DNA of 64,000 nt from assembly GCA_964418675.1 (NCBI GenBank), contig CAYQMM010000004.1, positions 88,572 to 152,571 on the forward strand. The letters are read 5' to 3'. The notes under the pieces were generated by a model. It was not told the origin of the DNA, searched no databases, and saw only the letters and a program-made list of their open reading frames with translations. Position numbers and translations under genes: made by a program. How positions within the stretch are numbered: position 1 is the stretch's first letter; each line of letters opens with the position of its first letter. The DNA is from an uncultured Candidatus Bathyarchaeia archaeon (GTDB lineage: Archaea; Thermoproteota; Bathyarchaeia; Bathyarchaeales; Bathyarchaeaceae). This document shows positions 19,301 to 28,297 of this stretch, piece after piece.

Positions 19301-19648
19301 ACCAAACATACTGCTGAAGTTCTGCAGGGTGCGGGAGTGAACAACATTTCAGTTCTGCACAAGGTCAGGGAGGTGGGGCAGAAACCCAACATAGTTGACT
19401 ATCTAAAAGGAGGAAAAATCGATATGGTAGTCAACATTCCTATGCCTAACCATTCAGGAACAATCTCTGAAGTCCTGAAAGACGAATACACCATCCGCAG
19501 GTTAGCAATCGAATTCAACGTTCCGGTGGTAACGAATCTTCAGTTGGCGTCAGCCCTCACCAAAATGTTGGAGCAGCGGGAAGGCAACAAATTTGACATT
19601 CGCTCCCTGAATGAGTACATGGACAGTTTGCCGAGGAAGTTCTGGTAG
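16373..19648 (+). CDS. carB: Carbamoyl-phosphate synthase large chain
   Basis: EFDYSGSQCLKAL, two ATP-grasp modules, GVHTGDS/GVHSGD, MGS-like C-terminus. Confidence 0.98.
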   Translation: MPRFEWIKKVMVLGSGAIKIGEAAEFDYSGSQCLKALREEGIETVLVNPNIATIQTDPRLAGKVYLLPVTPEFVEEVIAKELPDAIMLSFGGQTALNCGVQLAKKGILKKYGVKVLGTPVQTIEDTEDRELFRQAMIKADCSIAKSKSASSLEEAVKVGREIGYPVIIRVAYTLGGKGSGVARNEAELKDIVCRALGMSMISQVLIEEYLGHWKEIEYEVMRDYDDNCIIVCNMENFDPMGVHTGDSIVVAPSQTLSNREYHLLRSASIKAIRSLGVIGECNIQWALHKESEEIRVIEVNARLSRSSALASKATGYPIAYIAAKLCIGYTLPELLNKVTGVTTACFEPALDYLVVKYPRWDLQKFRNVDRHIGPQMKSVGEVMGIGRCFEEALQKAIRMLDIGKVGIVCNLGEDETEQIETIKDVLAYPTDQRLFKIVKALKKGISVEEIYKLSGVDPFFLHKIKNAINMEQKLRSIDPKDSDFLETIREAKRLGFSDKQIAICRDTDEFAIRKLRKEAKIVPVVKQIDTLAAEWPAKTNYLYLTYGGDEDDTEFSSVNRKVMVLGAGVFRIGSSVEFDWCGVNTIWALKKNGIEEAIMVNYNPETVSTDYDMSDKLYFEELTLERILDIYDKENPLGVIASVGGQIPNNLALKLSNAGVKLLGTTGESIDRAEDRSKFSALLDKLGIPQPEWSDLSTKRDLKEFASKIGYPVLIRPSYVLSGSAMRVAYTQSELDSYLKLAAKVSREHPAVISKFIENAKEVEVDGVYDGEDNIIGAIIEHVENAGVHSGDATMGIPTLTLNSDALRTVQDYTHKIVRALEIRGPYNIQYLVKNGFTYVIECNLRASRSMPYVSKTRGVNMIELATLAMLGKKFKDSGFTDLPEITHFGVKVPQFSFMRLSGADPVLGVEMLSTGEVACLGENFTDALSKALQSADFKIPPEGGSVLITVGGKELKEKVVPIGRALRNMGFKIYATKHTAEVLQGAGVNNISVLHKVREVGQKPNIVDYLKGGKIDMVVNIPMPNHSGTISEVLKDEYTIRRLAIEFNVPVVTNLQLASALTKMLEQREGNKFDIRSLNEYMDSLPRKFW

Positions 19649-19649
19649 A

Positions 19650-20993
19650 TTAGCTGTCACTCTTTTTTCTTCTGAAGAGGCTGAACCTTCTGAACTTCAG
19701 TTTTGCCGTCAAGATTTTTTCTGTGCCGAAGAGTCTAGCTGCTATGTAGAGAACTGCAACTGTGAAGATTGTCATGTAAATGATTCCTCCGATGGCTCCA
19801 AGATAATTTCCTGTGAAAGCTACATTTGCCGCCAAAATTGGATGAGTAAAGGGTATGGCAAGCAGGATAATCGATAGGGGAAAAGGCAAAGAGTAGATGT
19901 CCGTGAAGATGCTAAAGAGCATGGGAAAGATTAACAGAATGGAGAGTGGACCTACTAGTGCTTGGGCGCCCCTGACATCCTCGGCAAAAACAGATACTGA
20001 AATTGCCAGTGCTAGGGCGGAGAGCAGTGCCATGAAGAGGGAGAGCCCGATGAGCAAGTATGATAGGGGGGTGGGTGCCAATCCGATGGCTGCGAGGTCT
20101 ACGCCACCTCCAGTTGGTATAGCACCTGTGAAGGAACTTGTGTAGTAACTGAAGCCTATGAGGTAGGCTATGGCGCCGACAACAGCCACTACTATTGAGC
20201 CAGTCAGTTTCCCTGCTAGAATCATGAAGCGGTTAATGGGCAACGTTAGTAGAGTTTCAAGTGTCTTCTCCTCTTTCTCTGAAGCCACAGCTGTTGCTGC
20301 AAGTTGCATGGCGAAGATAAGAAGCATCATTATTCCTACAGGCATGATGAAGGACTGGGAAACCACCAAACCGAAGAGAACAGTGGGATTAACATCCACA
20401 CCTTCCCCTTTCACTATCGATCTCTCCGACAAAGCTATAGGATTCAGAACAGTCGTTGAGTTGAATTCGGGAAATCTTTCGTTAATTCTCTGGTCAACAA
20501 GATTGCTTTCGAAGAGGCTCACCAGAGAACTGACCGCAGAGGAGCTTGCGGATTCTGCTATGCCCCCTCCCCTGAAGGGCGTGTAAACTTCCAGTTCCGA
20601 TGTTTTTACCTCAGTTATGTTCTGACTGAAGCCTGAAGGGATAACTATGAGACCCGTGAGGTTCGAGTCCTGAACATAAGCGAAGGCTTCGTCAAAGTTC
20701 AAATCATCAACCTGAACAATTTTAACGTTCAAGGTCGCTAGGAAATTCGTGAGGTTTTCGGCAACGGCACCTCCATCAAGGTCCATTACTGCTACTGAAA
20801 GGTTTCCCATACTTTTCTGTGCTGCTTCCGTGGAAGTTCGTATAGCGAAGCCCATCAAAGGGAACATTATCAGGGGAATGATTATCATGGGAAGAAGAAT
20901 TTTCGGGTCTCTAACCAGCTCCTTGACTTCCTTCACAACAATGTTAAATAAGCCTTTAAGCAAAGCCAACCACCTCCCCAAACACATCCTCAA
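19650..20993 (-). CDS. ABC-2 exporter permease (NatB-like); true start may be slightly downstream
   Basis: KEVKELVRDPK, ASEKEEKTLETLLTLP, multiple TM segments. Confidence 0.85.
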   Translation of the reverse strand: MRMCLGRWLALLKGLFNIVVKEVKELVRDPKILLPMIIIPLIMFPLMGFAIRTSTEAAQKSMGNLSVAVMDLDGGAVAENLTNFLATLNVKIVQVDDLNFDEAFAYVQDSNLTGLIVIPSGFSQNITEVKTSELEVYTPFRGGGIAESASSSAVSSLVSLFESNLVDQRINERFPEFNSTTVLNPIALSERSIVKGEGVDVNPTVLFGLVVSQSFIMPVGIMMLLIFAMQLAATAVASEKEEKTLETLLTLPINRFMILAGKLTGSIVVAVVGAIAYLIGFSYYTSSFTGAIPTGGGVDLAAIGLAPTPLSYLLIGLSLFMALLSALALAISVSVFAEDVRGAQALVGPLSILLIFPMLFSIFTDIYSLPFPLSIILLAIPFTHPILAANVAFTGNYLGAIGGIIYMTIFTVAVLYIAARLFGTEKILTAKLKFRRFSLFRRKKSDS

Positions 20994-21687
20994 GGTTAAC
21001 CGCTTTGTATCTGGCTTTGAGCTCCGCCGGAGAACCCGTGGCTACGATTCTGCCCTTGTTTATGAGAGCCACCCGCTCACACAGATACTCCACTTCTAGC
21101 ATGTTGTGGCTTGAAAGAAGCACTGTAACTCCATGCTCTTTCACGTACCGCTGTATGATTCCTCTTACATGAACTGAGTGAAGGACATCCAGTCCGCTGG
21201 TTGGCTCATCCAATACTGCTAGTTTGGGTTTTGTCATGAGAGCCCTAGCCACGAGAAGCCGCCTCTTCATCCCCTTGCTGTATCCCTTCACTTTATCCCT
21301 GAGGCGTTCCCCTAATCCGGAAATTTCAGAAGCCGCATCAACCAACTCTCTCACAGCATCTTTATTGTTAGCCCTGAAGCTTGCCATGAACCTCAAGTAT
21401 TCATTCCCTGAAAGATTCTTGTAGGCGCCAGCTTCCTCAGGAAGATAGCTGATAAGGCTGCGTACCTCTGACGCTTCTTCAACAACATCATGACCAAAAA
21501 CATTCACCGTACCTGAAGTGGGCAAAAGCAAGGTAGAAGTGATTCTGAGGGCAGTTGTCTTACCCGCACCATTGAGACCGATGAGACCGAAAATTTCACC
21601 CTTCTCTATCCTGAAACTCAAGCCGTCAAGGGCTCTAACTGAGCCAAAAACTTTCACCAAATCTTTTGCTTCAACCGCAACACTCAC
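20956..21687 (-). CDS. ABC exporter ATP-binding protein
   Basis: GLNGAGKTT, YSKGMKRR, LDEPTSGLD, SSHNM. Confidence 0.93.
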   Translation of the reverse strand: MSVAVEAKDLVKVFGSVRALDGLSFRIEKGEIFGLIGLNGAGKTTALRITSTLLLPTSGTVNVFGHDVVEEASEVRSLISYLPEEAGAYKNLSGNEYLRFMASFRANNKDAVRELVDAASEISGLGERLRDKVKGYSKGMKRRLLVARALMTKPKLAVLDEPTSGLDVLHSVHVRGIIQRYVKEHGVTVLLSSHNMLEVEYLCERVALINKGRIVATGSPAELKARYKAVNLEDVFGEVVGFA

Positions 21688-21714
21688 TGAAACATCACCC
21701 TACCTTAGATGGAA

Positions 21715-22272
21715 TTAGAGGAGCATCTTCAATAAATCTGCTTTTGTCACGATACCAATAACCTTTCCCTTCGTAGAGATTAAGACCGCGGGATAAACCT
21801 GTAAAAGGCTTGAAATCAGCGGCAAGGGAGCATCCTCTCCAACTTGGGGAAAAGCTTCCTCCATGACTTCGCCTACGGATAATCTGGATATCTGGGAGAG
21901 GTCTTTGCCTGCAGAGACCTTTCCGATGATTGTTTTCTCTGAAATGCTTCCAACAGAGTGTTCTCCGTCAAAGACTGGAAGCTGAGAAATCTCATGTTCC
22001 GCCATGGTTTGAACAGCCTTGGAAACAGTGTCGCTCTTCTGTATTCCAATTACCTCGCTGTGAAGCACCTCTTCAGCCCGCACCTCTGCTTCTGTCTGTA
22101 GCCGTTCCAGAGCATCAAAAATAGCTTTAACTTTAGTGTAGGAAGGATCAATTTTTCCCGATTCCAGTTTTGCAATTAAGGACTGGCTTACCCCAGCTAG
22201 CCTTGCAAGTTGCTGCTGTGTAAATCCAGCTATTCTCCGTTTTCTGCCGACCTCTTCGAGGGAAGGTAACAT
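21715..22272 (-). CDS. XRE-HTH plus CBS-pair transcriptional regulator (COG3620-like)
   Basis: FTQQQLARLAGVSQSLIAKLESGKIDPSY followed by two CBS domains. Confidence 0.88.
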   Translation of the reverse strand: MLPSLEEVGRKRRIAGFTQQQLARLAGVSQSLIAKLESGKIDPSYTKVKAIFDALERLQTEAEVRAEEVLHSEVIGIQKSDTVSKAVQTMAEHEISQLPVFDGEHSVGSISEKTIIGKVSAGKDLSQISRLSVGEVMEEAFPQVGEDAPLPLISSLLQVYPAVLISTKGKVIGIVTKADLLKMLL

Positions 22273-22394
22273 GCTATTACGGTTTGCGGGCTGGGTTTAA
22301 ATTCTTTTTGGAATAAAAATTTCAATAAAATATTAAAGGTGAAAGGTTGTTTGCTATGTTCCATATTGGTAGGGAAATACTGGAGCTAACATAG

Positions 22395-23903
22395 ATGGCA
22401 AACTCAAAAAAAGGTAACGGACGAACAATCGCGGAGATTAACCAGAAAATAAAGAGCGGCGACGTTCAGGTTTTGACAGCTGAAGAGATGAAGAAGCTAG
22501 TGGAAAGCAGCGGCGTGGAAGTGGCTTACAAGGAGGTTGACGTCGTTACAACAGGAACCTTCGGAGCCATGTGCTCATCAGGAGCCGTGATAAACCTCGG
22601 GCATGCTGACCCGCCAATAAAAATCCAGAGGGCATGGCTAAACGACGTTGAAGTCAGCCATCCCGGCGCTGCTGTCGACCTCTACATAGGCGCCACCATG
22701 ATGTCGGATACGCAGCCTTTCGAGTATGGCGGCGGTCACGTGATAGAGGACCTCATAGCTGGCAAAGAGGTTGAAGTTAGAGCCACCGCCTATGGAACGG
22801 ACTGTTATCCCCGAACTAAACTGGATACAACCATCACAAAAGATGACCTGAACCAATTCTACTTGCTGAACTTCCGCAACTGCTACCAACGTTACGTCTG
22901 CGCCACAAACAGCCGCGACGAAATCATCTACACCTACATGGGCAAGCTTTTGCCAAGGTTCAAAAATGCCACTTATTCAGGAGCCGGAGCCTTGAATCCC
23001 TTGATGAACGACCCAGACTACGAAACCATAGGAGTTGGAACCCGCATATTCTTGGGAGGAGCGCAAGGCTACGTTATCGGCGAAGGCACACAGCACGACC
23101 CTAACAACAGGTTTGGTACTATGATGGTTCGTGGAGACTGCAAAAAGATGAGCGCAGAATTCATTCGTGGAGCTGCCTTCACCAAGTACGGCACAACCAT
23201 GTATGTCGGAATAGGAGCGCCCATTCCCATACATAACGAAGGGATAGCTAAGAAGACGGCATTACTGGATGAAGAGATTTTCACGGATATAGTTGATTAT
23301 GGAATCCCCCGCAGAGGACGCCCCAAACTGGGCAAAGTCAATTACAAAGAATTGAAGTCGGGCAAAGTAACCATCAACGGCAACAGAATCAAGGTGAGCT
23401 CCCTCTCCAGTTTGAAGAAGGCAAGGAAGATAGCTGGGACGCTGAAGTCATGGATTGCAGACGCTCAGTTTTACCTCTCTGCTCCCGTTGAGAACCTACC
23501 AACCGACACGGTTTGCAATCCTATGAAACAGACGGAGGAGGTATCCTTCGTTAACAGCGTGACCCATGCTGCTGTCACCTGCAGGGATGACGAAGATATT
23601 AAAGCGGTTGCCCAGCGAATCATAAGCAAATCGGTCAACCACGTTGTTGTAGTCAACAAACAAGGAGAAATCAGGGGGATGGTAACCTCATGGGACGTCA
23701 CCCGCGCCGTTGCCGAAGGAAAAAACCGGCTTGATGATATAATCACCAAGAAAGTGGTGACCACGAGACCGGAGGAGACGCTGGAGGTGGCTTCAAGGAA
23801 GATGGCGCAGCATCATATATCTGCTCTGCCGGTGATAGACAGGGACAAGAAGGTTGTGGGACTCATAACCTCTGAGGACATATCTAAACTGAGGGGAAGG
23901 TGA
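22395..23903 (+). CDS. Homocysteine-biosynthesis protein (COG1900/DUF39 + CBS; L-aspartate semialdehyde sulfurtransferase type)
   Basis: RTIAEINQKI, VDVVTTGTFGAMCSSGA, GAVDLY-like GAAVDLYIGAT, YGGGHVIEDL, C-terminal CBS pair. Confidence 0.88.
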   Translation: MANSKKGNGRTIAEINQKIKSGDVQVLTAEEMKKLVESSGVEVAYKEVDVVTTGTFGAMCSSGAVINLGHADPPIKIQRAWLNDVEVSHPGAAVDLYIGATMMSDTQPFEYGGGHVIEDLIAGKEVEVRATAYGTDCYPRTKLDTTITKDDLNQFYLLNFRNCYQRYVCATNSRDEIIYTYMGKLLPRFKNATYSGAGALNPLMNDPDYETIGVGTRIFLGGAQGYVIGEGTQHDPNNRFGTMMVRGDCKKMSAEFIRGAAFTKYGTTMYVGIGAPIPIHNEGIAKKTALLDEEIFTDIVDYGIPRRGRPKLGKVNYKELKSGKVTINGNRIKVSSLSSLKKARKIAGTLKSWIADAQFYLSAPVENLPTDTVCNPMKQTEEVSFVNSVTHAAVTCRDDEDIKAVAQRIISKSVNHVVVVNKQGEIRGMVTSWDVTRAVAEGKNRLDDIITKKVVTTRPEETLEVASRKMAQHHISALPVIDRDKKVVGLITSEDISKLRGR

Positions 23904-23909
23904 AGGAAG

Positions 23910-24323
23910 ATGGATAGGATTCTCTTAAGATTCTCTGAAGAAAACGTTGAGAAACCAATCACGGCACAGGTGATTCTTGAACTGGGAATACCGATTAGAA
24001 TTGTGGCTGCAACAGTTGACGCCCATGGTGGGGACATCCTGATAGAGGTGCCTGCCGTTCACATCGATAAGATCGTTAAAGCCTTCAGAGACAAGGGTGT
24101 AGACGTCACCTTTCCGAAGCTGATTGAGATAGATTGCGAAAAATGCATTGATTGCGGCGCCTGCTACGCCCTCTGTCCCGTGGACGCCATATCTTTCGAT
24201 GAGGATTACTCTGTAGTTTTCGACGAGAAGACATGTATCGGCAGCCCCTGCGGCTTATGCGTCAACGCTTGTCCGGCTAGAGCCATAACACTTGTTGAGC
24301 AGCATCGTAGCAATCAAAAATGA
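23910..24323 (+). CDS. NIL-domain 2x[4Fe-4S] ferredoxin (partner subunit)
   Basis: NIL-like N-terminus, CIDCGACYALCP and CIGSPCGLCVNACP. Confidence 0.88.
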   Translation: MDRILLRFSEENVEKPITAQVILELGIPIRIVAATVDAHGGDILIEVPAVHIDKIVKAFRDKGVDVTFPKLIEIDCEKCIDCGACYALCPVDAISFDEDYSVVFDEKTCIGSPCGLCVNACPARAITLVEQHRSNQK

Positions 24324-25033
24324 AAACAAAGAACCTCTTCAAACGGGCTTTCCGCCTCAAAGAATCAAACTGCACAATAATAGCAGACAAAGAAGACACC
24401 ATCGAGAAGGCAATATCCTCAATAACATACCACAGGAGACAGCTTGAGAAATACATACAAGACCATCCAGAATTTCTTTATAGTCTCCAACCGGTTCCAG
24501 TGGAAAAGGGACCAAAGGTAGCCAGGTTGATGGCTGAGGCTTCCTTGAAGGCGGAGGTTGGACCCATGGCTGCTGTTGCCGGAGTGTTAGCTGACCTAGC
24601 AGTTGAAGAGATGATTCACGCCGGAGGTAAGGTTGCCGTGGTAGAGAACGGGGGAGAAGTCTCCGCTGTTTCAAACCAGCCCATCGACATTGCCTTGGCG
24701 GCGGGTGATGCTCCCCTCTCAAGAGAGATGGGCTTCAGATTGAAAGACTTCCCTATAGGAGTAGCCACGAGCTCAGGGTTGTATAGCCACGCTTTAAGTT
24801 TCGGCGAGGCGGAAGCTGTGACTGTTTTTGCTGTTGACGCTGGGGTTGCTGATGCTGCAGCTACGGCTGTGGCGAACCTGATAAAGGGGGATGACGTCCG
24901 CGGTGTAATTAAAGTGGGAATAGAGCGAGCCTTGAACATAGACGGTGTTAAGGGCGTCTTTATCCTGTATCGGGGAGTTGTGGGAAAAGCTGGACAGGTC
25001 CCAGAACTGATAAAAGTGAACCCTCAGGAGTAA
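24320..25033 (+). CDS. UPF0280/COG2122 ApbE-like sulfide-assimilation protein
   Basis: VGPMAAVAG, VENGGE, GVATSSG, SFGEAEAVTV, DAAATAVAN. Confidence 0.85.
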   Translation: MKTKNLFKRAFRLKESNCTIIADKEDTIEKAISSITYHRRQLEKYIQDHPEFLYSLQPVPVEKGPKVARLMAEASLKAEVGPMAAVAGVLADLAVEEMIHAGGKVAVVENGGEVSAVSNQPIDIALAAGDAPLSREMGFRLKDFPIGVATSSGLYSHALSFGEAEAVTVFAVDAGVADAAATAVANLIKGDDVRGVIKVGIERALNIDGVKGVFILYRGVVGKAGQVPELIKVNPQE

Positions 25034-25071
25034 CCGCACTTTCTGGCATGTCCCCTGTTAGGGATAGCAGA

Positions 25072-25127
25072 TTTTTCAGGAAAAAACCTGTTTTCAACAA
25101 TACGCTGTGATTAGGCTCCAAATATGA
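25072..25127 (+). repeat. Dispersed intergenic repeat, copy C
   Basis: 52/56 identical to copy B. Confidence 0.92.
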
Positions 25128-25202
25128 AGGCTCACTCTTGTTTGTTTGATAAGAAAACTAATTTAGGGCACCAAAGATAAATTGGGTTGGGAGATTGTTA
25201 GG

Positions 25203-25442
25203 ATGCCTATCGCGTATGTTTTGATAACCACAGAGGCAGGTGCTGTGAAGAGTGTTTTAGAATCCCTGAAGAAGATTGATTCTGTGAAAGAGACCTACAT
25301 GGTTTACGGCGTTTACGACATCGTAGCTACTGTTAAGGCAGAGACCATGGATAAACTCAAAGAAATTGTTACGTGGGACCTAAGAGGTTTAGATAGAGTC
25401 ACGTCAACTTTAACCATGATAGTCGTTGAGGAAACAAAGTGA
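25203..25442 (+). CDS. Stand-alone Lrp/AsnC ligand-binding (RAM) domain protein
   Basis: AYVLIT...VYGVYDIVATV...VTSTLTMIV. Confidence 0.88.
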   Translation: MPIAYVLITTEAGAVKSVLESLKKIDSVKETYMVYGVYDIVATVKAETMDKLKEIVTWDLRGLDRVTSTLTMIVVEETK

Positions 25443-25534
25443 CCAGAGACCCCTCTTTAAATACCTACAGCAATTAATCTCCCTGAAGATTGAAAATTTT
25501 ATATAGGTCAAAGCATGTTGTGTACTTGAGTATC

Positions 25535-25843
25535 ATGGCTGAAATTTGCCCTACCTGCGGACTACCCTCAGATATTTGTGTCTGTGAAGAAATCGGGAAA
25601 GAACAACAACGAATACGAGTACGTTTAGAAACCAGAAAATGGGGAAAAGCAGTAACCATCGTCGACGGCATCAGCGACAAAGAAGCCAACCTAAGCCGCC
25701 TAGCCCAGAAACTCAAAGCTTTCTGCGCCTGCGGAGGAACAGCAAAAAACGAAGAAATCATCCTGCAAGGCGACCACCGAGACAAAGTTAAAACATACCT
25801 CATCCGACAGGGCTATCCTGAAGAAAACGTTGAAATCCAATGA
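25535..25843 (+). CDS. Translation initiation factor SUI1/aIF1
   Basis: CPTCGLP...C.C.EI, LKAFCACGGT, ILQGDHR; start corrected to MAEIC. Confidence 0.95.
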   Translation: MAEICPTCGLPSDICVCEEIGKEQQRIRVRLETRKWGKAVTIVDGISDKEANLSRLAQKLKAFCACGGTAKNEEIILQGDHRDKVKTYLIRQGYPEENVEIQ

Positions 25844-25861
25844 TGACGAGAGAGATTAAAG

Positions 25862-26089
25862 ATGGGTATACTTGCAGATTTTCGCGAAGTAGTTAAAGGA
25901 CTTAAACATAAAAACCCCAGTGCAACCACAATTAAGCTTTGCCCAAAATGTGGAAGCCAGAAAATTACGCTTAGCAACGGCTTTACGTATCCGCAACTGT
26001 ACGGAATAACCCCTAGGCGATACATCTGTGTAGAATGCGGCTACAATGGACCCATATTTATGGAACAGACAAAAGAGGAAAAAGGCTAA
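25862..26089 (+). CDS. Small Zn-ribbon protein
   Basis: CPKCGS ... YICVECGYNGP. Confidence 0.7.
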   Translation: MGILADFREVVKGLKHKNPSATTIKLCPKCGSQKITLSNGFTYPQLYGITPRRYICVECGYNGPIFMEQTKEEKG

Positions 26090-27060
26090 TCCGGCAACTC
26101 GATGCCCAACTGTCTCCTCAAACTCTTATACCGATTCCTTACAGTAACCTCAGTTACACCCGCAGCCTCAGCAATATCCTTCTGAGTCTTCTTCTCACCC
26201 TTCAAAAGACAAGCAATATACAGGGCAGCCGCAGCCAACCCCATAGGATCCTTACCCGCAGCCGCACGCCTTCTCCTAGCTTCATGAAGAATCTTAATGG
26301 CATGACCCTGAGTCGGACCTGAGATACCTGTTTTCTCAGCAATCTTAGAGACGTAAGTTAGAGGATCAGCAATCGGCATCTGAACTTTCAGTTCTCGGAG
26401 CAAGAGGCGATAACAACGAGCCACATCCTTCTTGTCCACAAAACTGGATTCAGCAATCTCCCGAAGAGTTCTAGGAGTTCCAGTGGTTCGACAAGCAGCA
26501 TAAAGAGAAGCAGCAGCAATAGCGGCTATGGACCTTCCTCGCACCAAACCTTTGTCCAAAGCCTTACGGTAGATAACAGCAGCCTTCTCCTTAACTGGAC
26601 CGGGAATATAGGATTTGTCAGAGAGACGATCCAATTCTGCCATGGCTTGGGCAAGATTTCGGTCTACGGAGGAGTGAACTCGCGATCTTATCTGCCATTT
26701 CCGTAGTCGCCACATCTGGAGTCTCGTGGAGAGGGGAAGTTTGCGTCCGAAGGCGTCCCTGTCCACTCTGCCTATGGCCGTGGATAATCCTTTGTCGTGG
26801 ACAGAATATGAGGTGGGTACTCCAACTCGGCTTCTGGATGCCTTTTCCTCTTGGGTGAAGGCTCGCCATTCTGGACCCTTGTCCATCATCTGTTCTCGGA
26901 CAACTAGACCGCAGCCTCCACAGATAGTCTCGCCAGTATCATAATCGTGAATAAGATTTGTGCTTCCACATTCAGGACACTTTTCTGTGGTTCTTTGGGA
27001 AATTTCTTTTTTTTGCGTGGCTTTTCTCCTCGACAAATTTTCTGGCGAGAATTCCGTCAT
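26086..27060 (-). CDS. tfb: Transcription initiation factor TFB
   Basis: CPECG Zn ribbon, GPEWRAF, two cyclin repeats, GVTEVTVRNRYK. Confidence 0.98.
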   Translation of the reverse strand: MTEFSPENLSRRKATQKKEISQRTTEKCPECGSTNLIHDYDTGETICGGCGLVVREQMMDKGPEWRAFTQEEKASRSRVGVPTSYSVHDKGLSTAIGRVDRDAFGRKLPLSTRLQMWRLRKWQIRSRVHSSVDRNLAQAMAELDRLSDKSYIPGPVKEKAAVIYRKALDKGLVRGRSIAAIAAASLYAACRTTGTPRTLREIAESSFVDKKDVARCYRLLLRELKVQMPIADPLTYVSKIAEKTGISGPTQGHAIKILHEARRRRAAAGKDPMGLAAAALYIACLLKGEKKTQKDIAEAAGVTEVTVRNRYKSLRRQLGIELPD

Positions 27061-27291
27061 TATTGAGGTTCGTCATCCTGTTAAGGGTCAGAAACCGTCC
27101 GTCTGGCCCGCCGTAGTAACCCTGAGGCTACGTTTTAATATATAAGCATTACGATTCGCTGCCCTTTACTTCACATAAAGGGGAGTAATATGTATAGAAA
27201 CCCCACTTTTCCCGTGTTTTTCCTTCCAAAACGAGGGTGATAAGAGATTTATTAGGCAGAAGAGAAACTCTCCTGTAGCAGAATAGCCAAA

Positions 27292-27367
27292 AGCCCGGTG
27301 GTGTAGCGGTCAATCATGGAGGCCTCTGGAGCCTCTGACGGGAGTTCGAATCTCCCCCGGGCTACCA
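27292..27367 (+). tRNA. tRNA-Gln(CTG), intronless, CCA encoded
   Basis: Acceptor AGCCCGG/CCGGGCT, anticodon arm GAGGC-CTCTGGA-GCCTC, T arm GGGAG-TTCGAAT-CTCCC; A1-U72 pair as typical of archaeal tRNA-Gln. Confidence 0.95.
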
Positions 27368-27487
27368 ACCATAAAATTTCACAGTTATTTGTTGTATTCA
27401 AGTTGTAGAAATGAGTTGCTAAGTTTTTAAGTTATGATTTGATTATTTTTGGAGTTATTAATTTTGATTGGACGGGTGTGTGAATAT

Positions 27488-28297
27488 TCAACCGTACCAA
27501 GATATGAGTATTTTTGATATTGTGTCAACTACATACTCTGGATGGTCCTTTAGATAATTGGTAATCGAATATGTCAACTCAGCAATCATTGAACTGGGTG
27601 CAGAGATTTCACTTACCACTTGCTCATTCTGTGGTGTATATTCCCAACCATCAAAGACAACTGCTGTGATGATTTCTTTGGGACCTGGGACAAAAGCATC
27701 AGTATGCCATGTCTTTGTCACAGATTCCCCTCCATCCATTCTTGGCACTAGACTCGGAAAATCAATAATGTGTGTTGCAATAGGAACTGCAGGATCATCC
27801 TCCTTATGGACGATAAGAAGGACACTTGTACTCTGAGAATTAACATTTCCGATGTTTGTAAGAGTGACAGATAGATCAGCATCTTCCCAAAAAATCCAAT
27901 AATGCGTATTACAATCAACAGCCACTTGAAAAACTGGGTTTGGCATATCGAACACTATGTCAGCTGGAACAGTTTGGCCAGAGCCCACTTCAACAAATTG
28001 GCTTTTTTCGCCATACTGAGGAATTATCAATACCAATTCGTGTGTACCAGGATCCACGCCCTCAATTTTTAACTCGCCCTCATCTGTTAGATGCCCTTGA
28101 TCAACTCCTCCTAGAATGACTCTCACATAACCATTGGGAACCCTTCCAATACGTTTCCCAGTTTCTTCATCTGTCAATGTTACAATAACCGAGCCTTTTG
28201 CCAAAACAGGAACTGCACTAGAAGTAATGAGGATAACAATTACAATTGCGGCAATCGCTACTATACAAACCAGTAGAATCACTTTTCCTTTAGGCAT
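27488..28297 (-). CDS. Membrane-anchored extracellular beta-sandwich protein (PEGA/CARDB-like)
   Basis: Basic N-terminus plus hydrophobic anchor, PGTHEL and SVTLTNIGNV Ig-like strands. Confidence 0.6.
   Translation of the reverse strand: MPKGKVILLVCIVAIAAIVIVILITSSAVPVLAKGSVIVTLTDEETGKRIGRVPNGYVRVILGGVDQGHLTDEGELKIEGVDPGTHELVLIIPQYGEKSQFVEVGSGQTVPADIVFDMPNPVFQVAVDCNTHYWIFWEDADLSVTLTNIGNVNSQSTSVLLIVHKEDDPAVPIATHIIDFPSLVPRMDGGESVTKTWHTDAFVPGPKEIITAVVFDGWEYTPQNEQVVSEISAPSSMIAELTYSITNYLKDHPEYVVDTISKILISWYG

Noticed and set aside
25838-25870. ATGATGA at the SUI1 stop as a C/D sRNA box C
   Set aside because: No CTGA box D at a plausible distance; explained by tandem stop codons.
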